Assembly: GCA_019057385.1 (NCBI GenBank)
Contig: JAHQJS010000006.1
Span: 192,001-256,000 of the forward strand
Direction: 5' to 3'
Length of the DNA: 64,000 bases
DNA from: Candidatus Borrarchaeum weybense
GTDB taxonomy: Archaea > Asgardarchaeota > Sifarchaeia > Borrarchaeales > Borrarchaeaceae
Part shown: positions 30,860-42,206 of the stretch, one piece after another
How positions within the stretch are numbered: the first letter of the stretch is position 1
Layout: every line of letters begins with the position of its first letter
Notes under the pieces: model-generated
What the model was told of the DNA's origin: nothing
What the model saw: only the letters and a program-made list of their open reading frames with translations
The model's database searches: none
Position numbers and translations under genes: made by a program

Positions 30860-31696
30860 ATGATGAGGTTGCCATTATTGGACAAAAGAATGATCCTTCT
30901 TCAGACGAGAACTAAAAAAAGCTGTATAAGATGTGGAAAGTGTTGCCAAATTGGATTGATATTGACTCATAAAGATGTCAGACATATCGCTGAGTTTCTC
31001 GAAACGATACCTTATGATACTTGGAAACAATTTGCATTTGATTGTTGGACTGCGTTTCGACCACATCTCTTCAATGTACCTGATATAGAAAAGAAAGTTG
31101 AGGAATTCATAGAAATCGTTAAAACTAAATTTCATGCGATTTCAATATATCAACTCTCTGAAACTGATCAAAACCTTGTATTTGGGCTTGATCATTCGTT
31201 ATCTGCAGCGTATAAAACGATTTGTAGATTTTTTAATCCTATAACAAGCGATTGTCTTGTTTATTCGGTGCGTCCAGACATTTGTAGGTTATATCCCTAT
31301 CTAGTTCACTATAGCGATCAAAAAAAGGAGATAATGATTTCTATAGATAAAGGATGTCCTGGAGAGGGTATACCTATGACTAAAGAATTCCAAAAAGAAT
31401 TGTTTAAACTAGCCTACCAACGAGTTCAACGAATGCGCCTATATTATGCAAAATTGTACAAATTTGTCAGTGAAAACTATCCCATGGAAAAAAACCTTCT
31501 AAAAGCAACCTTAGACGCTCTTCATGGTTTTGAAAAAGTTTCAGAACGGGTTGCACAAAAAGCTGTAGAAAGATTAATCACAGCTTTTCGAGAAGGGAGA
31601 CACATCGGTTCAGATGATCTCTATGAAAAGATTAGTTGCAAAAAAATGAAGATAATAGATCTTTTTAATGAAACCTATGGCTCTCACCTTCCTTAG
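30860..31696 (+). CDS. YkgJ-family cysteine-cluster (CxxCxxCC) protein
   Basis: CIRCGKCC...CRFF...CLVYSVRPDICRLYP...CPG. Confidence 0.85.
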   Translation: MMRLPLLDKRMILLQTRTKKSCIRCGKCCQIGLILTHKDVRHIAEFLETIPYDTWKQFAFDCWTAFRPHLFNVPDIEKKVEEFIEIVKTKFHAISIYQLSETDQNLVFGLDHSLSAAYKTICRFFNPITSDCLVYSVRPDICRLYPYLVHYSDQKKEIMISIDKGCPGEGIPMTKEFQKELFKLAYQRVQRMRLYYAKLYKFVSENYPMEKNLLKATLDALHGFEKVSERVAQKAVERLITAFREGRHIGSDDLYEKISCKKMKIIDLFNETYGSHLP

Positions 31697-31807
31697 AAAC
31701 TGAGATGTTGCTTCTTAGCTGTGGATATGTCACATACAAAAGCTAATTAAAAAAATTTAAATTAGATATGTATTTGCTGAATACAACTCAAAATTGGAGG
31801 ACTAATT

Positions 31808-33493
31808 TTGTCAAAAAGACCTTTACCCGCATCACGCGCAACGAAGCCATTACTTCTCGTTTCTAAGAAAAAAGGCGACACAACACACGTAAAAAAAGAT
31901 GAAGCTAGAAGAAATAATATCATGGTCGCCAAATTAATTAGTGAATCTCTGCGTACAACCCTAGGGCCCAGAGGCCGAGATAAACTGATAATAGGTGTGC
32001 TTAAAGATGAACTGGTTACTAATGATGGAGCAACAATCATGGAGAAGGTAAACCTTAAGCACCCCATTGCCAAATTAATGACGTATGTAGCAAAAACACA
32101 GGATCTAGAAACTGGGGACGGTACAACCACGGCAGTTATATTAATAGGAGAATTGCTCAAACAGGCGGAATCTTTGCTGGAACAAAAAATTCATCCAACA
32201 AAAATTGCAGACGGATATACTTTGGCGTTAGCAAAAGCGCTAGAACTTCTCAAAACAAATTCAATAAAAATTGATCCAGATGATGACGAGCTCTTGGAAA
32301 AAATAGCGGTAACTTCAATTAATAGCAAGAACGTTGTAATTGATCTTCTCGCAAGAATTGCAGCAAAAGCAGTGAAAGGTGTGATGACCCACAGAAATGG
32401 TAAACCATACATTGATACTGAATATATTGAGATTGAAAAAAAATCTGGCAAGAGTTTAAGGGAATCCGAGTTAATAAAGGGTCTTATAATTAATAGAGGC
32501 GCAGAACGAGACGACATGCCAAAAAAGATGGAACATCTAAGGATCGCGGTGATTAACCAGGAATTTGATGTACCCAAGTCAAAAACTGATGCAAAGATAA
32601 GAATCAACTCTCCCGAACAGATGGCGACATTTCTGAATCAAGAGTACCGATTAATTAAGGGAATGGTAGATAAGCTAGTGGAAGCAGGTGCAAACGTTTT
32701 ATTAACCCAGAAAGAGATCGACCCAGTAGCTGCTGATTTAATGGCGCGAGCTGGTATGGTGGGACTAAAAAACTTGCGTCGGAGATATATGCCTAAAATT
32801 GCAAAGGCTGTAGGGGCTACAATCGTCAATACTGTAAACGAAATTACCCCAGAAGACTTAGGGGCTGCCGATCTACTCGAAATAAAAGTTATAGAAGATA
32901 GATATGTGACCTTCATAACAGGTTGCAAAGATTCAAAAACCATGACAATTCTTTTGCGAGGCTCTGGGAAACATATGATGGAAGAGGCAGAACGGTCCCT
33001 TCGGGATGCTATGTATGTTGTTAAAGACGTTATAGAAGATGAATTTGTTGCAGTCGGCGGAGGTGCGATTGAAGAGTCCATTGCAAGTGGACTACGCGAT
33101 TACGCCCGGTCGATAGGAGGACGCGAACAATTTGCTGTGGAGGCTTTCGCAAAAGCCCTAGAAATAGTGCCAAAAACCCTCGCCGAGAACGGTGGCTATG
33201 ACGCCATATCACTTTTAGCACAATTGCGGGCAAAACATCACGAAGAAAATGGTAAATACTATGGTATGAACCCTTTTACTGGCAAAATTGAAAATATGTA
33301 TGAGAATGGTGTATTAGAGCCCGTGCGCGTAAAATTGCAGGCTATCTCCTCCGCAACAGAAGCTGCAGTAACAGTGCTACGCATCGATGAAATATTAGCA
33401 GCAAGACGCTTCGAAGATTATGCAAAAGACCTAGCCCAAACCGGTGAATTGTCTGAAGAGCATGACACATTTGAGTCAGTGCCATCATTGTAG
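31808..33493 (+). CDS. Group II chaperonin (thermosome) subunit, divergent paralog
   Basis: TTLGPRGRDK, TNDGATI, GDGTTTA, GGGAIE, LAENGG; GGAGG SD before TTG. Confidence 0.92.
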   Translation: MSKRPLPASRATKPLLLVSKKKGDTTHVKKDEARRNNIMVAKLISESLRTTLGPRGRDKLIIGVLKDELVTNDGATIMEKVNLKHPIAKLMTYVAKTQDLETGDGTTTAVILIGELLKQAESLLEQKIHPTKIADGYTLALAKALELLKTNSIKIDPDDDELLEKIAVTSINSKNVVIDLLARIAAKAVKGVMTHRNGKPYIDTEYIEIEKKSGKSLRESELIKGLIINRGAERDDMPKKMEHLRIAVINQEFDVPKSKTDAKIRINSPEQMATFLNQEYRLIKGMVDKLVEAGANVLLTQKEIDPVAADLMARAGMVGLKNLRRRYMPKIAKAVGATIVNTVNEITPEDLGAADLLEIKVIEDRYVTFITGCKDSKTMTILLRGSGKHMMEEAERSLRDAMYVVKDVIEDEFVAVGGGAIEESIASGLRDYARSIGGREQFAVEAFAKALEIVPKTLAENGGYDAISLLAQLRAKHHEENGKYYGMNPFTGKIENMYENGVLEPVRVKLQAISSATEAAVTVLRIDEILAARRFEDYAKDLAQTGELSEEHDTFESVPSL

Positions 33494-33533
33494 TAGTTAC
33501 CGAGAAGAATAACCGTGCTGTTTTTAATGATCC

Positions 33534-34121
33534 TTACTCAATTTTTACTAGAACATCACCAGAACTGACTTTTTCTCCCTTGGTGACCTTTAGTTCTTTT
33601 ATAGTACCAGATTTTGGAGCACGAATTTCATTTTCCATTTTCATTGCTTCTATAATCAGTAGAACATCCCCTTGACTTACAGAATCGCCAGGATTAATCT
33701 TTATTGACACGACTGTGCCAACCAACGGAGCTTTTACTATACCCTCTGCAGCACCTTCTACACCATCATTAGAATTCATTAAATGTGTCGTGTCGGAATC
33801 GATATAATTGATATGAGCGGAAGAAATTTGATCTTTTGCTATAATTGGGACGGCATTCACAGTATGGGGTTTTCCGTCAAGTAAAATCGAAAATGATGAA
33901 CGATGAACATCTGATTGTTCCAACTCAACAAGATGTGCTTTATTGTCAATTACAACAGAAAAAATTGAACATTCAGTATCCAAATTCTCCAATTCTAAAT
34001 TCTTTTTGATTTTGCTTCCGCTTTCTGTTTCTATAACAACGGAGATTAAACCACCATCTGTTTCTTCAAGTTCAATAAGATAAGTTTTTTCATGTACTTG
34101 AAGCTTATATTTTTTGTTCAC
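33534..34121 (-). CDS. Biotin carboxyl carrier protein of acyl-CoA carboxylase
   Basis: EAMKMENEI biotinylation motif. Confidence 0.92.
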   Translation of the reverse strand: MNKKYKLQVHEKTYLIELEETDGGLISVVIETESGSKIKKNLELENLDTECSIFSVVIDNKAHLVELEQSDVHRSSFSILLDGKPHTVNAVPIIAKDQISSAHINYIDSDTTHLMNSNDGVEGAAEGIVKAPLVGTVVSIKINPGDSVSQGDVLLIIEAMKMENEIRAPKSGTIKELKVTKGEKVSSGDVLVKIE

Positions 34122-34153
34122 GGTGTATCAGTCCCTTCTAAAAACATTAAAGT

Positions 34154-35701
34154 TTACAACGGTATGTTTCCATGTTTTTTAGGTGGTAAAGTTTCTCTTT
34201 TCCCACTTAGCATCTCTAGCGCCTTTATAAGAACTGGTCTCGTATTCTTGGGTTCAATGACAGCATCTATAAAACCTTTTGCAGCAGCGATATATGGGTG
34301 GGCAAAGGTTTTTCTAAATTCTTCAATCTTTTGTTGTCTCATTGCTTCTTGATCTTTTGCCGCTTTTATTTCTTTCCTGAAGATAATATTTGCCGCTCCT
34401 TCAGCTCCCATAACTGCGATTTCGCTCATGGGCCATGCAAAAACTTGATCTGCTTTCAAGTGTTTTGATCCCATAACCACATATGCGCCACCATATCCCT
34501 TTCGAGTGATTACTGTAATCAATGGAACGGTAGCTTCCGCATATGCGTAAAGGATTTTCGCACCATGGCGAATAATGCCTCCCCATTCCTGCGCGGTACC
34601 CGGTAAAAAGCCCGGAACATCCATGAATGTCACAACTGGGACGTTAAATGCATCACAAAAACGAACAAATCGTGCTATTTTATCTGAGGCATTAATGTCG
34701 AGCGTTCCTGCAAGATAATTCGGTTGATTAGCTACTACACCAATGGAACGTCCATTCAGCCTAGCAAAACCCACAACTGCATTCTGTGCAAAGAATGGGT
34801 GTACCTCAAAAAAATCACCAAGATCAACCACCTTTCGAATGATTTCTTTGATGTCATACGGTTTCGTGGGAACATCAGGAATAATAGTATCCAATTCTTC
34901 GTCGATTCTATTGGGGTCATCACCAGTATCAATTATAGGTGGATCCTCTAAGTTATTTGAAGGAAGATAACTCAATAACTTCCTAATCATTTCCATGCAT
35001 TCTTTCTCATCTTTTGAAATGAATTGTGCGACACCGCTGCGCGAGTTATGAACCATAGCGCCACCTAACTCTTGATGAGTTACTTCTTCTCCCGTTACAG
35101 CTTTAATGACATCTGGTCCGGTAATAAACATATTACTAGTCTGATCAACCATAAATGTGAAATCGGTCACGACGGGTGAGTAAACTGCACCGCCGGCACA
35201 AGGACCTAAGATTGCAGAAATCTGTGGAATAACTCCCGAAGCGATGACATTCCTCCAAAAGATATCACCGTAGCCTCCTAAACTTGATACACCCTCCTGA
35301 ATCCTAGCTCCTCCACAATCATTGAGACCAATGACAGGTGCTCCAACCTCAAGCGCATGATCCATGATTTTGCAGACTTTAAGAGCAAACATTTCTCCTA
35401 GTGCCCCACCCCAGGAAGTGAAGTCTTGGGAAAAGATGAAAATCAAACGTCCATCAATCGTTCCATAACCCGTAACTACACCATCACCAAGTATTTTCCT
35501 TTTTTCCATCCCAAAATCTGTGCTACGGTGGGTAACTAACATATCCGTTTCGACAAATGAATTAGGATCTAAGAGTAATTCTATCCTCTCACGAGCCGTC
35601 AATTTACCTTGTTTATGTTGTCTTTCAATTCGTTCTTTTCCGCCTAATAGTTTTGCAGCTTCTATTTTTTCCGATAATTCCTTGAATCTGTCGTTAGACA
35701 T
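34154..35701 (-). CDS. pccB: Propionyl-CoA carboxylase beta / carboxyltransferase subunit
   Basis: [44 protein letters not shown]; start MSNDR with GGAGG SD. Confidence 0.92.
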   Translation of the reverse strand: MSNDRFKELSEKIEAAKLLGGKERIERQHKQGKLTARERIELLLDPNSFVETDMLVTHRSTDFGMEKRKILGDGVVTGYGTIDGRLIFIFSQDFTSWGGALGEMFALKVCKIMDHALEVGAPVIGLNDCGGARIQEGVSSLGGYGDIFWRNVIASGVIPQISAILGPCAGGAVYSPVVTDFTFMVDQTSNMFITGPDVIKAVTGEEVTHQELGGAMVHNSRSGVAQFISKDEKECMEMIRKLLSYLPSNNLEDPPIIDTGDDPNRIDEELDTIIPDVPTKPYDIKEIIRKVVDLGDFFEVHPFFAQNAVVGFARLNGRSIGVVANQPNYLAGTLDINASDKIARFVRFCDAFNVPVVTFMDVPGFLPGTAQEWGGIIRHGAKILYAYAEATVPLITVITRKGYGGAYVVMGSKHLKADQVFAWPMSEIAVMGAEGAANIIFRKEIKAAKDQEAMRQQKIEEFRKTFAHPYIAAAKGFIDAVIEPKNTRPVLIKALEMLSGKRETLPPKKHGNIPL

Positions 35702-35896
35702 TAAGCATCCTCCATTGAACTCTAAGTCCATGTATTTCGGGCATTCTTAAGTTGTAACGCAGTATCCTTATATATTAATTGTTGAAAAAACTGAGCAATG
35801 GACTTCATAGTTGTTTAAACTAAAAACACAGAACAAGAAGAGGATAAAAGATTTACACTATAGAGGGTAAACTGTTAATTATCTAGATTAACGTCC

Positions 35897-36199
35897 TTAG
35901 ATCCATCTTCTTCGCTTTTTCTTTGAGATATAAGTCAATAATGCGCCCATTCCCAACCCAACTATTGCTCCTAATACAGGCGCTTCAGTAGTAGAGATCC
36001 ATATACCTTCTAATCTTTCTTCACATTTTGGACATTTAGTATAATAGGATTTTATATCGAATCCATGCATTTCAGTATTGCACTTTGGGCATTTTTTATG
36101 ATCTTTAAGTTCCCCCACACCGCTCTCCATTAATAAACTCTTAGCCTCTTGAAGAATTTCATATTCTTCATTCGAAACTCTTAGAGTTTTTTCACGCAT
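35897..36199 (-). CDS. Small protein: RHH-like N-terminus, double CPKC Zn-ribbon, C-terminal TM anchor
   Basis: KTLRVSNEEYEIL; CPKC twice; PVLGAIVGLGMGALLTYI followed by KKKRRR. Confidence 0.6.
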   Translation of the reverse strand: MREKTLRVSNEEYEILQEAKSLLMESGVGELKDHKKCPKCNTEMHGFDIKSYYTKCPKCEERLEGIWISTTEAPVLGAIVGLGMGALLTYISKKKRRRWI

Positions 36200-36360
36200 A
36201 GAAACCCCCCAATTATTCGCGCGCATATTAGTAGACTATTGTATACGGCAGTGTACCTATATATAATTATGGCACCTTTGAAATTATTATTAAAATGGAG
36301 GGCTCTCTGAGTCAGAAATTTTCGCCCATTTTTACTGAGATCACGAAAGCCTATAATTTT

Positions 36361-37170
36361 TCATTTTTGTCTACGAATCGAAACATCGCCAGAAAAAATT
36401 TTTTCGAAAGAGCCATTATCAAGTTTAAGAATTAATGCACCACTAGCTTGATCTACATCTATCGCTTTTCCGTCAATTATTCTATTATCCATATAGACAC
36501 GTACATCTTCATTTAAAATACAGGATAATTCTTTCCACTCTTCTAGAATAGGAGAAAATCCCTTTTCTAGAAAAACTAAATACGATCTTTCAAATTCATT
36601 TAATAAACACGTGATGAATTCATTGCGATTAACAGATTCTTTTAATTCACTCTTAAGAGTTGTTGCAGTTTTCTGAATTTCAGCGGGTAATTTGTCTTTG
36701 TTAAAATTTGCATTTATTCCAATCCCTACAACAACGTAATGAAGTACATCCGTTTCGGATTCCATTTCAGTTAAGATACCACAGATCTTTCTATTGCTAA
36801 CTAAAACGTCGTTAGGCCACTTAATTTTTGCATCTAAACCTAAATTTCGAATGGCAGTAGCAACTGCTATTGCACCAATGAATGTTAGTTTTGGCGCTTC
36901 TTGAGGAGCCAGTCTTGGTCGCAATATTAAAGAAAGCCATATGCCTCCTGGAGGGGATTGCCAAACCCTCCCAAGACGTCCTCTGCCACTGGTTTGAGTT
37001 TCAGCTAGAACTAATAATCCTTCTAAAGCACCTTTTCTCGCTAATTCTTTAGCAATATCATTGGTTGATCCGGTTTCATCGAAATAGCGTATTTCCCTGC
37101 CAATAAATTCTGTACGAAGTCTATCCTTTATGATGTCTGGTGACAAAAAGTCATTCGTCAATGAAATCAC
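36361..37170 (-). CDS. birA: Biotin--protein ligase (no N-terminal HTH)
   Basis: STND, QTSGRGRLGRVW, KWPND, KICGIL, GIGIN. Confidence 0.93.
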   Translation of the reverse strand: MISLTNDFLSPDIIKDRLRTEFIGREIRYFDETGSTNDIAKELARKGALEGLLVLAETQTSGRGRLGRVWQSPPGGIWLSLILRPRLAPQEAPKLTFIGAIAVATAIRNLGLDAKIKWPNDVLVSNRKICGILTEMESETDVLHYVVVGIGINANFNKDKLPAEIQKTATTLKSELKESVNRNEFITCLLNEFERSYLVFLEKGFSPILEEWKELSCILNEDVRVYMDNRIIDGKAIDVDQASGALILKLDNGSFEKIFSGDVSIRRQK

Positions 37171-37182
37171 TAGTCGTATTTG

Positions 37183-37605
37183 CTACTGATCTTCAACTTC
37201 TTTTTCGCAGAGTTCTATAAGCACGCCCTTCATCGCCTTCGGATGTATAAACGCTATTTTGGAATTATGAGCGCCTTTCCTTGGTGTTTCGTCAACCAAT
37301 CTTATTCCTTTCTCCTTTAATTCATTCAAGCGTGCTTGAATATCCGGCACTCTTATGGATATATGGTGAATACCTTCGCCTTTTTTTTCGATAAATTTAG
37401 CTACAGGTCCCTCATTTCCTATAGCTTCTAATAATTCAAGATTTACCGAGCCACAGGGAATAAACGCTGTTGTAACCTTTTGTTCTTCAACCGCCTCAAT
37501 TGACTCGACTTTCAACCCTAAAGCCTCATAGACTTTAATTGCATCCTTTAGATTTTTTACTGCGATTCCAATATGTTCAAGCTCACAACTATTTTGTTCT
37601 TTCAT
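37183..37605 (-). CDS. mce: Methylmalonyl-CoA epimerase
   Basis: EHIGIAV, GEGIHHI, AFIHPK, GVLIELCE. Confidence 0.93.
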   Translation of the reverse strand: MKEQNSCELEHIGIAVKNLKDAIKVYEALGLKVESIEAVEEQKVTTAFIPCGSVNLELLEAIGNEGPVAKFIEKKGEGIHHISIRVPDIQARLNELKEKGIRLVDETPRKGAHNSKIAFIHPKAMKGVLIELCEKEVEDQ

Positions 37606-37634
37606 GAAAGCACCTTTTGATAAATCAGAATTTG

Positions 37635-38180
37635 CTAATACTCAATTCCTTTCCGCGCCTTAACCCCCACCGCTAGGGGATGTTTAATATTAAGCATTTC
37701 TGTAACAAGATCGGCAACTTTGACGATTTCTGGAGGAGCACCTCTCCCGGTCAAGATTAATTCTACATTTGGGGGCTTTCCTTCAATTAGTTTAAGCACT
37801 GACCCAACATCTGCTAGTTTTAGATCAATAGCCTCATTGATCTCATCTAGAATCACAATGTCAAATTTTTCACTAAGCAGAATCTTTCGAACACGCTGAA
37901 GGGCTTTTTTAATCGTCTGCATGTCAGACTCTTTCGGTTGCTCACCATTCTGAAAAAATCTTGAAGGCCCAAACTGCTCTATTACAAAATTTTCTAATTT
38001 GTTTGCCACATTGAATTCTCCCACAGAGGATTTCTTTAAAAAACATCCCATATATACCCTTAAGCCATGACCAATAGCACGTAGGGCCTGGCCAAGTGCT
38101 GAAGTTGTTTTTCCGCGCCCATGTCCAGTATAAACCTGAACTAATCCTTTTGTTAATCCTTTTCTTGAAATAGCTAACAT
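37635..38180 (-). CDS. cobO: Cob(I)alamin adenosyltransferase (CobO/BtuR type)
   Basis: VYTGHGRGKTTSALG, ILDEI, LILTGR, KHP...ARKGIEY. Confidence 0.9.
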   Translation of the reverse strand: MLAISRKGLTKGLVQVYTGHGRGKTTSALGQALRAIGHGLRVYMGCFLKKSSVGEFNVANKLENFVIEQFGPSRFFQNGEQPKESDMQTIKKALQRVRKILLSEKFDIVILDEINEAIDLKLADVGSVLKLIEGKPPNVELILTGRGAPPEIVKVADLVTEMLNIKHPLAVGVKARKGIEY

Positions 38181-38197
38181 CTCCCCTATATATTGTG

Positions 38198-39889
38198 TTA
38201 AATAATTTCAGTGGCTGTGTATTCCCCAAATACGTCTCTCAATGTATCACAAATCTCACCCAGAGTTGCATATGCCTTTACAGCATCTATTATGCAGGTC
38301 ATAAGGTTTTCATCACTTCTGGCGATTCTTTTAATCTCATTTAGGCTGTCTTGTACTTTTAAATTGTCCCTTTCTTTCTTTATTTTTGCTAATCTTTGAT
38401 GCTGTATTTTTTCAACCTCTGGATCAACACGAAGAATTTCTATTTCAGGTTCTTCTCCGATTATAAATTCGTTCACACCCACAGTAATCCGTTTTTTAGA
38501 CTCAATCTCTTTCTGATACCGATAAGCACTATCGTGAATTTCTTTCTGAATAAATCCGCGTTCAACGGCTACCACAGCACCGCCCATCTCGTCAATTTTT
38601 TCGATATATTCCATTGCACGTCTTTCAATCTCATTTGTCATCGTTTCCATGTAATATGACCCTGCAAGGGGATCTATAGTTAAAGCCACTCCGCTCTCAT
38701 GAGCAATTATTTGTTGCGTTTTCAACGCAATCTGTGCAGCTTTTTCTGAGGGTAATGCTAGTGCTTCATCCATTGAATTTGTGTGGAGTGATTGAGTACC
38801 ACCACAGGCAGCAGCCAATGCTTGTATGGTTACTCTAACTATATTATTTTCTGGTTGTTGGGCTGTTAGACTGCATCCCGCTGTTTGAGTATGGAATCTC
38901 ATTTGCCAGGATCTTGGATTTTTAGCCCCAAAACGGTCTCGCATGATTCGTGCCCACAGACGCCTTGCCGCCCTAAACTTAGCGATTTCCTCAAAAAAAT
39001 CATTATGAGAACACCAGAAAAAACTAAGACGCCTAGCGAATGTATCGAGTTCTAAGCCTTTTTTGATGGCAGCTTCAACATATGCTATAGCGTTCGCTAA
39101 AGTAAACGCCACTTCTTGGATTGCTGTACATCCCGCCTCCCGCATATGATACCCTGAGATTGAGATGGTATTCCATTTGGGCATTTTATTCCATTTTGAG
39201 CAGTATTCAAAAACATCAGTGATCAACCGCATGCTTGGTCGAGGTGGGAAAATATACGTACCTCGAGCAGAGTATTCCTTCAAAATATCATTTTGTATTG
39301 TACCCGCTAACTTATCTTGGGATATGCCTTGCACTTCAGCTACTGCAATATACATAGCGAGCAAAACAGATGCTGGTGCATTAATCGTCATAGAAGTGCT
39401 TACTTTTTCAAGTGGAATTCCCTCAAAAAGAGTTTCCATGTCTTTTAGAGTATCGATCGCCACTCCAACCTTGCCTACTTCCCCTAGAGCAAGAGGGTGA
39501 TCAGAATCATACCCTATTTGTGTTGGTAAATCAAATGCAACCGATAATCCTGTCTGTCCTTGCTCAAGCAATAACTTAAATCGTTTGTTGGTTTCTTCGG
39601 CTGTGCCAAAACCGCTGTACTGGCGGAAGGTCCAGAGCCGTCCGCGGTACATCGTTGGCTGGATGCCTCGCGTGTAGGGGTATTCACCTGGGAAACCAAT
39701 ATCTACGACATAATCAGAACCTAGCAAATCAAGAGGCGTATATAAGCGGTTAACCTGTGAACTTGAGGTAGTAACAAACTCTTCCGCACGCTCAGGGTAC
39801 TTATCAAGTAAAGGGTTCAAAGTTTTGTTTTCCCATTCTTTCTTTCGAGCCTTTATCTCATTTATTTTTTCTTGTCCAGATTGCGTCAA
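38198..39889 (-). CDS. Methylmalonyl-CoA mutase, substrate-binding (large) subunit
   Basis: [17 protein letters not shown] (specificity Tyr), [12 protein letters not shown] (specificity Arg), [14 protein letters not shown]. Confidence 0.93.
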   Translation of the reverse strand: MTQSGQEKINEIKARKKEWENKTLNPLLDKYPERAEEFVTTSSSQVNRLYTPLDLLGSDYVVDIGFPGEYPYTRGIQPTMYRGRLWTFRQYSGFGTAEETNKRFKLLLEQGQTGLSVAFDLPTQIGYDSDHPLALGEVGKVGVAIDTLKDMETLFEGIPLEKVSTSMTINAPASVLLAMYIAVAEVQGISQDKLAGTIQNDILKEYSARGTYIFPPRPSMRLITDVFEYCSKWNKMPKWNTISISGYHMREAGCTAIQEVAFTLANAIAYVEAAIKKGLELDTFARRLSFFWCSHNDFFEEIAKFRAARRLWARIMRDRFGAKNPRSWQMRFHTQTAGCSLTAQQPENNIVRVTIQALAAACGGTQSLHTNSMDEALALPSEKAAQIALKTQQIIAHESGVALTIDPLAGSYYMETMTNEIERRAMEYIEKIDEMGGAVVAVERGFIQKEIHDSAYRYQKEIESKKRITVGVNEFIIGEEPEIEILRVDPEVEKIQHQRLAKIKKERDNLKVQDSLNEIKRIARSDENLMTCIIDAVKAYATLGEICDTLRDVFGEYTATEII

Positions 39890-39891
39890 TT

Positions 39892-40311
39892 TTATCCCTC
39901 TTGAAATTTCACTTTTAATACTTTTGTTAAATGCTCAATAATGACTTTTGTAGGAGTTCCAGGCCCAAATATGTTAGAAATGCCTATCTTGTTCAATTCA
40001 GGAATATCCTCCTTTGGAATAATTCCTCCAGCAAAAACGAGCAGTTGATCTGCCAGACCTTCTTTCTTTAGTAATTCCATTATTCTTGGAAATAACTGCA
40101 TATGTGCTCCAGAAAGGATACTGAGTCCAACTGCTTGTACATCTTCATGTAGGGCAGCTTGAACAATTTGTTCAGGTGTTTGACGGATGCCTGTGTAGAT
40201 GACCTCCATACCTGCATCTCTCAGTGCTCGAGCAATAATTTTTGCACCGCGGTCGTGGCCATCTAACCCTGGTTTTGCCACAAGAATTCTAAATCTAAAT
40301 GATGCTGACAT
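39892..40311 (-). CDS. Methylmalonyl-CoA mutase, cobalamin-binding (small) subunit
   Basis: [10 protein letters not shown] (DxHxxG), SILSGAH, GGIIP. Confidence 0.93.
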   Translation of the reverse strand: MSASFRFRILVAKPGLDGHDRGAKIIARALRDAGMEVIYTGIRQTPEQIVQAALHEDVQAVGLSILSGAHMQLFPRIMELLKKEGLADQLLVFAGGIIPKEDIPELNKIGISNIFGPGTPTKVIIEHLTKVLKVKFQEG

Positions 40312-40392
40312 AAAATCAACCCCGTAAGAGTTTTAATTCCCCATTTTTGCCATGATTCTATCTTTCGACAGAGAAATAATAAATTCCCTATT

Positions 40393-40417
40393 GTAGAGGT
40401 TATTTATAACTCCCTAC
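40393..40417. promoter_or_regulatory. Imperfect palindrome overlapping a TATA-like box between the divergent mutase and biotin carboxylase genes
   Basis: GTAGAGGTTAT-TT-ATAACTCCCTAC. Confidence 0.35.
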
Positions 40418-40561
40418 GCACAAGATCCCAACAACTTAAATACAATTAAATGCTAGTTCAATAGATTTTGATAAAATCTGCTTCGAACGTGTCGTCTTTC
40501 TGCATATGAGGCTTATGGCTAATCATTACAGACAAAAAACTTTGAATAGGTGAAGAAAGGA

Positions 40562-42163
40562 ATGAAAAGACCCTTTGAAAGGATTTTAATTGCAAACCGT
40601 GGAGAAATTGCAGTCCGAGTTATGAGGGCATGCAAAGAACTTGGCATTGAGAGCATAGCAATTTGTTCAGAAGTAGATAGACATGCTCTACACGCCCAAT
40701 ATGCTGATAAGACTAAATGCATTGGAGGTAACGATCTTACTGATAGTTACTTGAACATGGAGAAAATTATCACAGCAGCATTAGAAATGAAGTGCGAGGC
40801 AATTCATCCAGGTTATGGATTTCTAGCAGAAAATGATGCTTTTGCGGCTTTATGTGAAAAAAACGGAATAAAGTTCATCGGACCCAGTAGTAAGGCTATT
40901 GGGAAATTTGGTAATAAAAACGAAGCACGAAAAATGTTGAAGCATGGAGGAGTGCCAATTGTACCCGGAACCAAGGATAAACTTCGAGATTTCGATGAGG
41001 CTAAACGTGTTGCAGAATATATTGGATATCCTGTTATGATAAAGGCCTCAGCAGGCGGAGGAGGAAGGGGTATAAAAATTGCCAATAATGAAAAAGAACT
41101 TGCCGATGCTTTTCATGCTGCACAAGTGGAATCGAAATCTGCGTTTGGTGATGATGAACTTTTTATGGAGAAATACTTGAGAGGTATACGTCATATCGAA
41201 TTTCAAATACTTGCGGATGAGCATGAAAATATAATCCATTTGATGGAAAGGGATTGCTCAGTTCAAAGGAGACATCAAAAATTATTAGAAGAAGCACCTT
41301 CACCTGCCATGACTGAGGAACTAAGAAAACAAGCAGGCGAAACTGCAATCCGCGCAGCAGAAGTAGCAGGGTATACGAATGCAGGAACTGTAGAATTTCT
41401 ATTTGCTGGTGAAGACTTTTATTTTCTGGAAATGAATACTCGCATTCAAGTAGAGCATCCTATTACTGAGGCAATTACAGGAATTGATTTAGTAAAGGAA
41501 CAAATCCATATAGCCGCTGGAGAACCATTAAGATACTCTCAAGCAGACATCAAGATACATGGACATGCTATTGAATGTAGAATCAATGCAGAAGATCCTT
41601 ATGCAAATTTTATCCCGTGTCCTGGGCAAGTCACATACTATTATGCTCCAGGAGGAAATGGTGTTCGAGTAGACAGTGCTATGCGGAGTGGCTATACAAT
41701 TCCACCGTTTTATGACTCACTAATCGCTAAACTAATCGTTTGGGGTGAAAATAGGCAAGAAGCAACAATACGTATGAAACGTGCTTTAGACGAATATGTA
41801 ATAGACGGGGTAACAACTACAATTCCTTTTCATCAAGAATTACTGAACCACGATCGTTTCTTGAGCGGAGATATTTCAACTGATTTTGTTGAAAATGAAT
41901 TTATTTTTAACGGTCGGCCATATAAAGACCAATACGAAGAAGTTGCGATTATCTCTGCAGTTCTATCTAAATATTTACATGAGAATCAGGTATCAAGGTA
42001 TCCTCTCAATGAGAAGTACTTGCCATCTTCATGGAAATTAATGGGTCGTGTAACAGAGTTTCCAGATAGAAATTCACTGCAAAAAAGGCGATTGGTCGGA
42101 AAGGCACAATCTATCTGGAGATTAATGAGAAATTATCGTACTTATGCACGTTTTAGAACTTAA
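40562..42163 (+). CDS. accC: Biotin carboxylase subunit of acyl-CoA carboxylase
   Basis: IANRGEIAVR, HPGYGFLAEN, GGGGRG, RDCSVQRRHQK, EMNTRIQVEH. Confidence 0.93.
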   Translation: MKRPFERILIANRGEIAVRVMRACKELGIESIAICSEVDRHALHAQYADKTKCIGGNDLTDSYLNMEKIITAALEMKCEAIHPGYGFLAENDAFAALCEKNGIKFIGPSSKAIGKFGNKNEARKMLKHGGVPIVPGTKDKLRDFDEAKRVAEYIGYPVMIKASAGGGGRGIKIANNEKELADAFHAAQVESKSAFGDDELFMEKYLRGIRHIEFQILADEHENIIHLMERDCSVQRRHQKLLEEAPSPAMTEELRKQAGETAIRAAEVAGYTNAGTVEFLFAGEDFYFLEMNTRIQVEHPITEAITGIDLVKEQIHIAAGEPLRYSQADIKIHGHAIECRINAEDPYANFIPCPGQVTYYYAPGGNGVRVDSAMRSGYTIPPFYDSLIAKLIVWGENRQEATIRMKRALDEYVIDGVTTTIPFHQELLNHDRFLSGDISTDFVENEFIFNGRPYKDQYEEVAIISAVLSKYLHENQVSRYPLNEKYLPSSWKLMGRVTEFPDRNSLQKRRLVGKAQSIWRLMRNYRTYARFRT

Positions 42164-42206
42164 ACTGTCCTCAACTATCATAAGACTTCCTAAATTACGC
42201 ATTGAT

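Noticed and set aside
31700-31733. TAGCTGTGGATATGTCAC resembling an IS605 right end
   Set aside because: The left arm of the hairpin is not recoverable and there is no target or left-end motif; too degenerate to call
38198-39889. Isobutyryl-CoA or other non-canonical acyl-CoA mutase
   Set aside because: The specificity residues Tyr (RQY) and Arg (YSARG) match methylmalonyl-CoA mutase, and the epimerase is adjacent
33534-42163. Autotrophic 3-hydroxypropionate/4-hydroxybutyrate cycle
   Set aside because: Only the carboxylase, epimerase and mutase steps are present; no malonyl-CoA reductase or 4-hydroxybutyryl-CoA dehydratase in the window
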